A stretch of DNA of 63,950 nt, counting the filler, from Conidiobolus incongruus B7586 (lineage: Eukaryota), in assembly GCA_000697335.1 (NCBI GenBank). It is 10 parts of 10 records of this genome, joined end to end, with 100 filler letters (N's around TTAATTAATTAA, not from the genome) between each part and the next. Parts side by side here need not be neighbours in the genome. Positions count along the whole stretch, not along the records: positions 12,779 to 18,811 come from JNEM01006879.1; positions 18,912 to 26,599 come from JNEM01006880.1; positions 26,700 to 28,589 come from JNEM01006882.1; 7 more parts are not named here. One strand, given 5' to 3'. Below the pieces are notes generated by a model. That model did not search any database, had not been told where the DNA came from, and saw nothing but the letters and a program-made list of their open reading frames with translations. Shown here one piece after another: positions 15,901 to 28,414 of this stretch (the stretch's first letter is position 1; each line of letters opens with the position of its first letter). A program made the translations under genes and the position numbers.

Positions 15901-18662
15901 TTTAAAATTATAAATTACCTTTAAAATTATCAAAATACATCTTTAGTACTTTTTTTATCTTTTTTTATAGTTATATTATTTCCTTTTAAAAAATTAATAT
16001 TAATTTAATTAAACTTAATAGTGTTAAAGTTTTTACTATACTTATAAACAAAGATTAACTTATATTTAAACTTAAATTAATAATTTACTTTAAAAATTTC
16101 ATTGATTTTTTTGTTGAATTTACTACTTTTATTATTAATCTCTTTAAGAAAAACTCTCTTTTTGAATAAACCCTATTATATATTTTCTACATAAATACTT
16201 TAATTTTCTATACTACTAATGTTTTTACTTTAATTATTTTTAATCTAAAACCACTTACTATTATTTTTACTAGCTTTAATTCTTTTGTAATTAGTAGATA
16301 ATTAGCTTAGTTTGTATTTAATTTATATTTTACCTTATAACTATAGGATAAAATAATAAATAAAAGAAAATAAGTTGAGTTTAACTTTACAAATATTATT
16401 TTAAAACTAATAATATTTTAGTTAAGAAAAATAAAACTAGTTGAATTAAAATACCTAGTTTAAAAATAAAAACTCTTTGCTTTAGTAAAAATAATTAAAA
16501 ATCACCTATATTTCTTATCCTATAATTTTTTTTAGTACTCATAAATTATAAATCACTTATTTATTTAAATACTTAAAAACATTTATAAAAAATATAAGTT
16601 AAGTAGATTAAAATTATCTAAGTTTATTTTTTTTTATTTAATATCTCTTAGGTTAATAAAACTATATTGTAGATATTTTGTTAAAAAATCTTATATACTT
16701 ACTTTTTTATTTTAATTATAAAAACCCAGCAAATATTAACTTAATGATTATTAATGAAGGAAATAAAAAATTTATTAAATTATTTTAAGAAACACTGTTA
16801 AATAATAATTTCTTTATTTTAGTTAAAGAAGAACTCTTTAAACTATTAGATAATTAATTAAAATATGTTAAAAAATTTAAAATTATCAATAACTTACTAT
16901 ATTATAATAACTATCTATATATTCTTAACATTCTTAAGATTTAACAAATAATATTTAATGAATGCTATAATTTACTTATTAGAGGATATTATAACTAGTT
17001 AAAAACTGCTAAGAGAATTAAAATAAAGTATTACTAACTTTCCTTAATTAAATTAGTTTAGAAATACACTAATACCAGTGATATATGCTAAAGAATTAAA
17101 TATAACACTTAACTAAAATATAGTAAACTTATTCCCCTACAAATCCCTAATAAAATTTAATAACAAATCTAACTTAATTTCATAGAAATTCTTAAATCAA
17201 CAAATAGTTATGATAATTTATTAATTATAATTGATTTATTTTCTAAATATGTTTATTTTATTCTTTATTTTAAAACTTCTAAAGTTAAAAATATTGTACA
17301 ATTGTTATTCTCTAATATTTTTACTTATTATAAAATTCCACAAACTATTATATTTAATAGAGATATACAATTCAACTCTTAATTTTAGAAGTTATTATCT
17401 TTTTCTTTTAAGATTAACCTAGTTATATCTATTATTAATTATCATTAAACCAATAAACTTGTTAAAAAAACTATTAAAACCTTAAAGTAAATAATTAAAG
17501 CTTATATTAACACTAATTAATTAAATTAAAATATTTATATCTATCAACTCTAATATTTATTTAATATTTTTATCAACAGATTAATATATTTTAACCTTTA
17601 TTTTATTAATTATAATAAATATCATAACTAAATAATTATTTTAAAACTTTAAATCAACCTACTTTTAAATATTGTTGAATTTTAATCTAATATCAAATAT
17701 ATTAATTCCCTTGTTAAATTTAACTTAGAAGAAAATTAAAAGATTATAGAACAACAATACTTAAAGTTATTTAGAAACCCTTTTAAATATAAAATTAATA
17801 TGTTTGTATACTTAGAATAATTTACCCTTAAACCTACCTTATTTAAATCTAGTTTAAATCCCAAATACTTACTATTATATTATAATCCCTATAAAATTTA
17901 ATATATTGATTTAAATTTTAAAAATATTAATTTAGAATTACCTTTAACTTTAAGGATTAACTTTACCTTTCACATATCTAAAATTAAACTATACTTTAAA
18001 GATTTTAACACTTTTCCTAATTAATTAAAAACCTTAAAACTAGATTTAACTATTCATTAAAATAAAGAAGAAAAATACTATATTGATTATATAATTAAGT
18101 TTAAATCTATTAGGAATAAGCTTTAATTTTATTTAAAATAGATAGGTTATCTTATTAAAGAAGTTATATAGGAACCCTAGAAAATATTAAGAATATTTTA
18201 GCCTATTATACCTATTTGTAAAAATTTAAAGAGTGTGTCTCTTTTAAGAAATTTACTTAAAGAGTATTAAAAGACTAATTCTTTAAATTCTTATATATAC
18301 TTTTATATAATCTAATTAACTATAAATTATATGATTGAATTATACTTATATAATTAAATTAATTGTATAAATAGTATTAAATTATCTAATAAATTAGGTT
18401 TTTCTTTTTCTTTTCAATTTTTACTATTTTTTACTTTTATATTATTTCTAAAATTACTATTATATTTTATTAATATTATAAGATATTAACACTACCTAAT
18501 ATAAATCTTAATATATTAATAACTCATCCTAGTTTGAAGCTTAATTAAACTTTGTTTACACTTGGACATTACAGTTACATTATATTACCACATTCTATAC
18601 ACATTACTTTTATATTAAGTTTTCCTCTATACTATATTAGTTTAACTACCACTACACTTATA
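12964..18662 (+). mobile_element. full-length Ty3/gypsy chromovirus LTR retrotransposon, inactivated by C>T/G>A hypermutation
   Basis: 398-bp LTRs at 12964-13361 and 18265-18662. TSD taatt/taatc. PBS relic tagtagcag (TGGTAGC, tRNAiMet type). Relic motifs: gag CYYC knuckle (~14370), protease VLI(D)S(G)C (~14730), RT F.KKTDGG.RL.ID (~15500) and YLDD read as YFNN (~15825), integrase HHCC and GPY, chromodomain LK(W)IGY..E..(W)EP.ENI (~18130-18190). Confidence 0.93.
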
Positions 18663-18911
18663 TAATCTATAATATTATATGAAAATATATAATAAAACTA
18701 ATTATTTTTTATATTTCTAATAACTTTTTATTATATTTTTAATAAAGTTCTAATATCAAAAAAATAAGTATTTTATAAACAACTAAAATTTCATATTTTA
18801 TAGATTAATTANNNNNNNNNNNNNNNNNNNNNNNNNNNNNNNNNNNNNNNNNNNNTTAATTAATTAANNNNNNNNNNNNNNNNNNNNNNNNNNNNNNNNN
18901 NNNNNNNNNNN

Positions 18912-18913
<2 letters not shown>

Positions 18914-18950
<37 letters not shown>
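18914..18950. repeat. (TA)n microsatellite at a contig edge
   Basis: Direct TA dinucleotide run. A shorter run lies at ~28530-28552. Confidence 0.9.
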
Positions 18951-18952
<2 letters not shown>

Positions 18953-19488
18953 TGGGATATAGATAATAAATAAAATAATTAGTTTAATAAGTTTTTTAAC
19001 TCTGTTTTAATTAGTTTTAAATTCAATGATAAATTTAAAATTTCATAATTTTCTAGTAATCTCAAATGAGTGAAATAATAAAATTACATTATTTAAAACA
19101 GTATTACTGTAACTGAATTAATCAAATCTAGAATACTTTAAAACTTGTATTTACTATTCTCTGTAATACCACTTGACGATTATTATATTTGAGTTATGTT
19201 TAAGCGTAAGGTTAAAAAAATTAGATGGTTTATTTATTTGATAATTGAAAAAATATCTTATCATTTGATGTGGTGTTAATATCTCAATTCCAAATATTTG
19301 GAAAGTTTGATTTGAAATATTAAGGTATTTATTCACTCTTAATAATTATATCATACATTATTTAAATGATTACCTCTAATAAAAGTCAAATATTTTAAAA
19401 ATATTTTTTAAATCAATTTCATTTAGTAAAAATTTTAAATTATATTATTTTTATAATAATTTTATTTGATTGTTATTAATAAATAAAC

Positions 19489-19820
19489 TGTGACGAGCTA
19501 GGTGACTCCCTTCTACCCAAGTATTTTTACATCAACCTAATGTTAAAGTCATTTCCTCCTTGCATACCATCTGCTCCCGCTCTATCTTTAATTGGCCAAT
19601 GATGCAAGTCATCGGAGATCTCAAGAATTACCTTACCCAACTCACACTATATAAAACCCGAGATTAGAGTTATTCTCAACTAGCCGAGTTCGATCTGGGT
19701 CCTCCCAGCTATTTGACTTAAACCAATAAACTCCCTATCTCCCTAACTCTTACCTGGAATTCACCAAATCTCTCTCTTTTATTTAATCTACTCTGGATAC
19801 GACTTCCCCACGGCGTGTTA
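19489..19820 (+). mobile_element. possible solo LTR (GC-rich ~330-bp island)
   Basis: Starts TGTGACG and contains TATAAAA followed by AATAAA. Sharp GC boundary. No CA end or TSD could be confirmed. Confidence 0.4.
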
Positions 19821-20678
19821 ATAATTCAAAGTTGCTAAATTAAATTCAATTTTTTTAAAGTGTTTTGATTTAAGCTTCATAATTAATAGTTATAAATTTT
19901 ATATTTTTATTATATTCAAACTATTCAAAATAATTATTATTTGCATCTTTGATTTTATTCAATTTCATTATGATTTTTTTTGAAGTTTAAAATATTCGAA
20001 ATATATTTTTTGAATAATGAAATAATAGGATTAAATAGCCTCTTCCAATTATCTATATACAGTCATCTAGATGTATTACCTTTAAACATTATTCAATATT
20101 AATACTAATACTAATACACCTTGCTAATAAATTCAAAATAAATTTTTCCAAATATAAAAATATTTCAAAAAAGCCAGTTAAATCCAAAATTAAAATGTAT
20201 AATTATACAATTAAGTAAAATTAAGTATTTCTTAAATATCTCTATTGCTTAATATAATTAGTTCTAATTATTTTAAATTTTATAGTATTTATCTATTAAT
20301 AATCGACTTTATTATTTTGCATCAAATTTGGAAAAAAAATTAATCACTAGATATTTGGGTTATTGTAATTTTATAACTAATATTATGATAAATATTATAA
20401 ATACTCTTAAATAATTTATTAATATGAAATCTTAAACTTTTTTTAGAAATATAGTATAGGCCAAAAAAGGAACTTGAGTAATCCAATTTTAGATAATAAT
20501 CCATTCTACAATCCAATAATCATATTAGAATTGATAAAAATTTTGTGAAACAATTAAAATCCAATTTAATAATTAGTTTTTCCAAGCTATAAGGTCCCAT
20601 AACTAAATCCTTACTATTATAAATATATGTCACCTTAACTTTTACAAGTAACTGTTGATTCGATGAAATTGAATATTA

Positions 20679-22325
20679 ATGACAACTTGGATTTATAATA
20701 TTATTAAATATGACCCAAACCAAAATATTCCAAAATCCGAAGTGAGTGCTATATCGTGTGTAAGATGTTATCAGAGGAAGCAGAAGTGTGATAAAAAGTT
20801 ACCCAAGTGCTCCAGGTGTCTAGGCTCCAACCAGAATTGTCAATATGCCAGGAACAGGGATAATTTTATCAGTATGAATAACAATATAAGTACTGGATCT
20901 ACTGCAGATAATCATAAGTCTTCGAAAAATTCTGCTCATACCTCAAAAACAACCCTTAGGAAAGTGGGAATGGTGGATGATATTCAAAAGAATAAAATTT
21001 TAGCGAATAATTTAGTCATTCAAATGAATACTCCCCCTGAATCTCTGAACAAGATTGGTAAACAAAGTTGGATCAAAACCGACGTGCCATTGTCCTTCAT
21101 GCAGGTCATCTTTGACTCGTTACTCAATCCTATGGAATCCGGCAATCTGTCGAAACTTGTTGCAGGAAATAGGGTAGGCGACTTACATCAAATCATATAT
21201 AATTCCACGTACTGGGATGAGCTTTACGATTTGTTTATGATTTATCATCACCCATATTACCCCTCTCTTAATATTAACCACTTGAACTTTAAAAAATGTC
21301 ATCCTTTTCTCAGATCCATGATCTACTGGTGTGGGTACAGATACAAGCTCAATAAGTCTCCTACACTTGAGGTTTACATGCGCTGGTACGCTTTATGTCA
21401 GATTAAGAAGTACAAGTGGCAGTGCTCACTGGAAGTTGCGCAAGCATTGTATATTGCATTTTTAACCTTCTTCTTTATGGGCGAATCTAAAACCTATATA
21501 TCTATCTTGGCACATCTCACGCGGATAGTACATTTACTGGGGTACGATCACCTCACAGCATACTCTGGAATACCGGAGAGGATTGCAGCGGATGCAAGTT
21601 TGTTATATAGTACAGTTGTCAGGGCTAACCTCATTGTGAGTGGAACGGGATACAAACCCTGTTATATTGTCAACCGACCCAAACTCAACAAATACAATGA
21701 CTACCACTACCAACTGTTGCAACATGAGTACAGCGATAGAGATCTTGTCATCGCTCACTGCGTCACAAACTTGTCAGAGTATAACGATATTGAGAAGCTA
21801 CAAGTGTACTATAGTTATTTCCAGCGACGCCAGCCCCGAGGCATTTTAAGGAATGATCAAAAGCAACGCACTCTTCAAAATGTGAGGATCTTATTCAGCA
21901 ACATCATTGCAAGGTACCAACAACTGAGGGCGCAATACCCAACCTACGCAGCACTAATTGACGACTTTATCAATCTGGTGCAAATTAACCACCTGTTAGG
22001 GGTATACTTCGTACACGTGGAGCCCACAACCATTGATAATACTTCAAAGGTCGATATTCTCCAGTGCATTGACTTAGCGAAAAAACTGATAACACTGAGT
22101 CTCAAACTAAAATTCAACCTCAACTTTCAAAAGAACACAATCCTACAAGGTCTTTACATCAGTTTGAAACGCCTCAAGATGGAGTGCAGTCCCAGCGAGT
22201 TAAACTACTTGGAATTCCTTTTAAATGAAATCGATTTAATCTTAAATCAACATCATAATTTAAATGAACTAGGATTAATTCAAAAACGACTCACTGATCT
22301 TATTTTAAACCATAATGGTAATTAA
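20679..22325 (+). CDS. Zn(II)2Cys6 binuclear-cluster transcription factor, 548 aa, intronless
   Basis: CVRCYQRKQKCDKKLPKCSRCLGSNQNCQY matches the C-x2-C-x6-C-x6-C-x2-C-x6-C pattern. Middle-homology-like region FMIYHHPYYPSL. Confidence 0.92.
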   Translation: MTTWIYNIIKYDPNQNIPKSEVSAISCVRCYQRKQKCDKKLPKCSRCLGSNQNCQYARNRDNFISMNNNISTGSTADNHKSSKNSAHTSKTTLRKVGMVDDIQKNKILANNLVIQMNTPPESLNKIGKQSWIKTDVPLSFMQVIFDSLLNPMESGNLSKLVAGNRVGDLHQIIYNSTYWDELYDLFMIYHHPYYPSLNINHLNFKKCHPFLRSMIYWCGYRYKLNKSPTLEVYMRWYALCQIKKYKWQCSLEVAQALYIAFLTFFFMGESKTYISILAHLTRIVHLLGYDHLTAYSGIPERIAADASLLYSTVVRANLIVSGTGYKPCYIVNRPKLNKYNDYHYQLLQHEYSDRDLVIAHCVTNLSEYNDIEKLQVYYSYFQRRQPRGILRNDQKQRTLQNVRILFSNIIARYQQLRAQYPTYAALIDDFINLVQINHLLGVYFVHVEPTTIDNTSKVDILQCIDLAKKLITLSLKLKFNLNFQKNTILQGLYISLKRLKMECSPSELNYLEFLLNEIDLILNQHHNLNELGLIQKRLTDLILNHNGN

Positions 22326-25300
22326 TAAGGGTACTTATCCAAAACTGATTTTGTAAAAAATATTTTATTTTCTTATAATTAAATTTAATTATTAATTCCA
22401 ATTAACTTAACAATATATTAAAATATTTTTTATTTTAATTTCTATATTAATATTTTATACTACTATTTGAATATTCAATATTAATGAAATCATCGTTAAC
22501 ATCATCTTCATTTTGAAAATTTTTTTGACAATTTTAATGTTACTAATAATTGATAATTTATATTTTTGTTTCAGTTTTAATTTTTTTTCTTAAATAAAAT
22601 GAAAAAAACATTATTTTAATATTAATAAAATTTTTATTAGAAAATTAATTATCAAAGTGTTTGATAAAATTTATAGAACTTTATTAATTAAAAATGTTTA
22701 AAATATTTATCAATTTATCTTTTGAATATTCTTAAATTTATATTACCCATTGAATAAACTTAACAATGCTTAAATTATCATAATTTTCATAAATTTATAA
22801 ACTTAATATTATGTAAGTAAAAAAACCAAGTTTTGATCATTTGGATATTAGGGCACTGATGGAGAATAATCCTGTCAATTACTCAAGAAACTCTGATTAC
22901 TGCAGGATTTGAGAAGTCACATTGGAGATATCACATCCCATGAACTAGTTGATCCTATTACTTTCCACCCATAAGTCATTCATGTCCACAAAAATCAACA
23001 ATGGAACCTAATATAAGATTATCATAAGCAAACTAATAAACATATCTTCTATCTTCATTTTCAAAAGTATACAGTCTCTAAGTTTTTCTCATAACCCTCA
23101 CAAAAGTGTTGAGTCATGACAAGCGTGAGATATTTACTTTATTCAAAGAACCTGATTCATAGCAAATCATTTTCACCTACTTTGGTGAACCCCAATAATT
23201 TCCCTTAATTCCGTGGTAATTTATCGTTTACCACTGGCGATTCCCCGTTTAAGCTCGTAAAACCCATTGTTTTCAGCGTTAACCCCCGACAGCGCTCTAA
23301 ACATTTTTTTAAAATTGGATTGCTTTAAAATTGAGGTAATATTTCTAAGTAATCAATGGATTAATGCCAATTAAGCTCCAGTTCAATTTTAACAATATTT
23401 TGATCAATTTTACCATTTTAGTATTTGATTGGTATATGTTAATCATCCTATATCTCACAATAATTTCCGAATTATATATTTCAAATTTGAGATTACTGAT
23501 ACAAAATATTGACGGAAATAACATTCCATTTAAAGTGTCTTGGTAGGTTTTCAGCAAGACCACACTTAATGGAATTTAACATTGGTCATTTTGAGTATCT
23601 ATAAATTTTTATAAAAAATTCTATTATGGACTATTCTTGTCATAAGATATAATTAAGTTATTAATACTTTGAGTAACCGAGTATTGTTGTTTGATACTGA
23701 CATAGATTTGATTAGATTTTGATCCAATCTCAAAGGTTGATAATTTTTAAAGAGTATGTTGATACTATATAAATGTAATTAAACTTTTTAGGCTTAAAAT
23801 CATTATATTATAAACTATTAAGAACATTAATACCAATCCTTATTGTTTATAAAATATATTCAATAATATTGAAAAAATTTTAATATTGTGAATGATCTGA
23901 TATATTCCCTATTTTTAGATATAAAATTATTTTGAGCTGTTAAACACTTGTAAATACATTGAAAATATTTTGATATATGTCAAATTATATTCTATATTGT
24001 ATACTGTTCTATATTACATGAAATCATGAATTGGTTGATTTTAATATTCTTTTCAAAACCTTGTTTTAAATTCAAAATAATTATAAAATATCATAATTAT
24101 AAAAAGAATTGATTAAACATAGATAAATTACATATATTTTTGGAATTTTTAAATTCGAGTGAAAATTATTATATATAAAAATAGTCATTGCTATAAATAT
24201 CAAAAATAATCCATATATTAATATATACTAGGTTTAAAATATTACAACCAGATATATATATATTGTAGCTATCAAATTATTATATATCCCGACTCTGGTA
24301 TTGATATATTCTAATATATTTTGGTATATTAATAAACACTTATTTCACTTAATAAATTAATAATTTTTTTGATTTATTGGTTGCTTTTAAAATTTTTTAA
24401 TATTATAACTTTTGTATTTTCTCCATTATTAGTTACCATTTAGCTTTGCTGACAAGAGTATATTCAATAATAGTAATTTGAATAAAATATATATCATAAC
24501 ATAATACTATATATTAGAAATACCGTTGTTTATAGACTATTTATTCAAAGTAATTAATTTGTCTAATTAATTAAATAAACTGAAATATACCAGAAAATTA
24601 CATCTTTATATAAATAACGAGTAATACTAATAAATTAAATTCAGATTATAAGGTTTAGAGCTTTGAATAATATATATTACTCTTGATAACCTTCATAAAT
24701 TATTTTTTAAAATATAATTTATATTTTTTTATTATTGAAAACATCTTTATATTACTTGATATATAAGAATTTTTAATAAATAAATATTTTTATTTTAATC
24801 TCAAAACCTAAGTCTAATTAAAGCCTATATGATAATATACTAGGATTATAATGAATATATAAATTTAAAATGAAATTATTTGTTCAATACATTATAATAT
24901 ATTCTGAGAAAATATTATAATGTATTACGAAAAGTATATAATATCATAATTCTATTATATATTATTATTTTATATGACTTTTGATTATTTAAAATGATTT
25001 TAATATAATATAATTTAAAATTTATAAAAATTAATTCTAGAAAAGTGAGAAAATTTATTTTATAGTAGTCTGATTAACAATAAAATAAAATAAAATCAGA
25101 CTTTAAAAACCATGTATTGAGTAATTAATGTTTATTTAAATATAACTTTGAATCAATGAAAAATCAAATTAAATTTGACAATTATAATGTGATTTACAAA
25201 TTGCCAGGAGGATTTTATAAATACAAAAGGAAGAGATTTACTAGTGTTTGGTTTAGTAGTTTAGGTTAAGATACTTGATTAGGGCTTGATAAAGCTTTAA

Positions 25301-25563
25301 TAAACCTTACAAAAGATTGGAGGTAATAATAAAAAAGTATTTTTATAATGATTCTTTTGTAGACTATCTGTCAATTATAAGTAATATAAAGAATTATATT
25401 AGGTCTATAGAAAAATAAGAACTTAAAATGATGTAACAGGTATTCTAAGTTTATATCTGCAAAAAGTAATAAAAGGTGAGATAAAATTAGCTAGATGAGT
25501 TATCATCTAGGTAACCATAACATATTAATATAATTTTATGTCAATTAAATAAGAATTAATATA

Positions 25564-26599
25564 TTAATATAGAAATAAAATAATGGCACAAATTTAATAT
25601 TAAAATTAAATATATAAATTATTATAAAATATATAAAATTTATTAAATAATATAAAATTAATAATGTTCTTTATTATTAATAACTCTTTTCTATATTTTT
25701 AATAAGCTTTTAATACTTAAAAAATAGTTCTTTTTATTAAAAAATGAAATTTAATATTTTATAAACCAATTTAATTTGTTTGCAAGAATTTTTTTCTTAT
25801 AAGCTGATTTTTTAATTATCTAAAACAATTATTATCATATAGGTTATAATCAGGTAAATATGCTAGATATAGTGACTTTTTATAGTTTTTTTATATATAA
25901 AATCTTTTATAGCTTTAACTTTATATACTTTATAATTATTATGTAAAATAATAAATATGTTTAAATTATATTGAAAATATTATTTATAAATTGTTTTATT
26001 TAAAAAATTAATATATAATTTATTTTTAATTAATTTTCAATTAGATATTAAATAAGAAAATCATATACTATTATAATCTATTATAATAATTAATATTTAT
26101 TTATATTTAAAGTATTTATTTATTAATATTTATAAAAAGGATTGATTTAGCTTAACCTAACACTTTGTTTTATTTTTAAGTAAAGAATTATATATAGGAA
26201 TTTAAAATTTATTAATTATAAGTATATAATATAAGAACCTTTGTTTTTAGTTATACCTTAGTAAATTTAATTTAACTATAGCTATTCTAATTTTTTTAAG
26301 CTTTTGTTAAATTATAAATTATTTAAATTTTATTTTTATTAATTAATTTAAGTTTAAACTTAATTATATATAATATAAGTATAATAAATATTAAATTTTT
26401 TTAATAATTCTCTAGTTAAAATAAAAAGGTGTTTCTTAATATATTTTTTTACTTTATTAATAATTAAAAGAATAATAATAGAAATTAATTTTTTAAATTT
26501 TAATAAATATTAAATAATATCTCTTTTAACTTTAAAATCATAAATCTAGTGATATATGGTAGTTTTAGATAAAATATCATCTTTATAAGCTATTTACAA
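25564..26599 (-). mobile_element. mariner relic (inverted, heavily mutated), runs into an assembly gap
   Basis: Reverse complement is colinear with 28690-29438, e.g. tcatataggttataatc and aagctgattttttaatt. Degenerate TIR near 25564. Confidence 0.8.
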
Positions 26600-26699
26600 N
26601 NNNNNNNNNNNNNNNNNNNNNNNNNNNNNNNNNNNNNNNNNNNTTAATTAATTAANNNNNNNNNNNNNNNNNNNNNNNNNNNNNNNNNNNNNNNNNNNN

Positions 26700-27200
26700 A
26701 TAAAAAAGATTGTTTCAGGTTAAGTTATTAATTTATTATTTTGATAGAATATTATTAAAAATTTATTATTTGTTAATTATAATTATTTAATAGAATTCCT
26801 TAGGTTTTTGGTATTTTTAATAAAACTTATTTAATTATCGCTATTTTTATTTTTTTAGCTTTATATCATAAGATATTAATTCTATATTTCTATTAATTAT
26901 TTTAGTTTGAATTTTAATATATATATATTATTCTCATTTAATTAATATTAAAAGCTTTTATTAATTTTTTAATTTAGTCAAAAAGGTGCTTTTTAATAAA
27001 TTTTGTTATTTAATCAATAATTAAAATAATGACAATAGATATTGATCTTTTAGATATTGGCAGATTTTAGATTAGTTTTTTAGCTTGAAAATAATAACTT
27101 CAGTGATAGATAGTAGATTTAAACAAAATATAATCCTTATAACTTATTTGAAAATTTAAATATCTTTTAAATGGTTTGTGACTGAGTTTTAAAAATATTA
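26700..27200 (-). mobile_element. second mariner relic fragment (N-terminal half of transposase)
   Basis: Colinear with 26130-26599, e.g. aaaaggtgctttttaataaa...aataattaaaataatgacaatagatatt vs aaaaggtgtttcttaatata...aataattaaaagaataataatagaaatt. Confidence 0.6.
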
Positions 27201-27613
27201 AAATAAAGAACTTTTGATAACCATAATTTTGTTGAGATATAATTAAATTTAATATCAAACTTTTATATTAAATTTTCCAAAAAAAAGTAAATTATTTTAT
27301 ATGGATAAAATACAAACCTTTCAAAACTATACACCTTTTTTTAATTTTATATTTAGTTTATAATCTAAAACTACTAATATATTTGAAAAATCAAAAATTA
27401 AAAAAGTAGCTAATGTGTTTTTCTGAAGTATTAAAATATTCTGGCAAACGATATACATAAATTAACAATAATATAAATATTATGAAAAATTTTTCAATAA
27501 ATAATATGAGGTATGGAATATAATATTCTTTTGAAGAAAATATTATCAAATTATTTAATGAATTCGTTTTTAAACATTATTGATTTTAATTTATTATATT
27601 ATGGTAGTTAATA

Positions 27614-28122
27614 TTATATAATTCAAATTGTTTTCTTAATTTTATCAATGTTAGGAATGGTGATAGTCATTGTACTATTCAAATAATGTACAAACAATTT
27701 TTATTGTCTATATTTGTCAGGAATTCGATTAATTTGTTTGTAGACTTAATGAAATGTGCTTATGATGGGCTTTGAATTGGTTGGAATTAGATTCACTATC
27801 CTTTGGGCTCATTCTATCATCTTGGGATAAAGATTCGAGCTCATCTCTTTCTCGATCAATCTCCTCTCTAGGTTATTCTGTTCCATCTAATCTCGGGTAG
27901 AAACAACTAGAGTGTACTATCTTCAAAATCAATTAATATATTGATTTTAGATAAGCCAAACAATTGGAATCTCACTTTATATGATTCTTCAGTTTCATAA
28001 ATATCGGTATTATCAATGATATAGGAAGTACTTCTGATTTTGTGATTAGGTTAAGAAGATAGGGAATAGAGATCAGTCAGAGTGTCGAAAATAAAATCTT
28101 GAATAGTGTAGTAGATTGACAT
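27614..28122 (-). pseudogene. HSP20 (small heat-shock protein) pseudogene
   Basis: Translates as MSIYYTIQDFIFDTLTDLYSLSS*PNHKIRSTSYIIDNTDIYETEESYKVRFQLFGLSKINILIDFEDSTL, then frameshifted EEIDRERDELES...FKAHHKHIS...YLNSTMTITIP. Aligns with the two intact HSP20s. Confidence 0.88.
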
Positions 28123-28414
28123 TTTTGGAATTTAATAATTGATTATAATGAAGAATATTGTATAATTTATATATCGAATCCAACCTTGGTGCTCATATTT
28201 TCATCAAATTTATTCATTTTTTGTGTAAAGATTTGAACGTTAAAATTTTATTTGTATGATCATATTAATGATGTCAAATTTCAAATCCTTAATATTAATT
28301 GCTGCTATATATTAAATAATAAAACTAAAAAAGCAAATTATAAATTATATGATATATTTAATTATATTATATTATAATTATAATCCCAGAAATTAATCTG
28401 GTATTTGTATAATA

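Noticed and set aside
25200..25520. Possible degraded LTR (TATA and AATAAA, CpG-free)
   Set aside because: No termini, TSD or second copy in the window to support a call.
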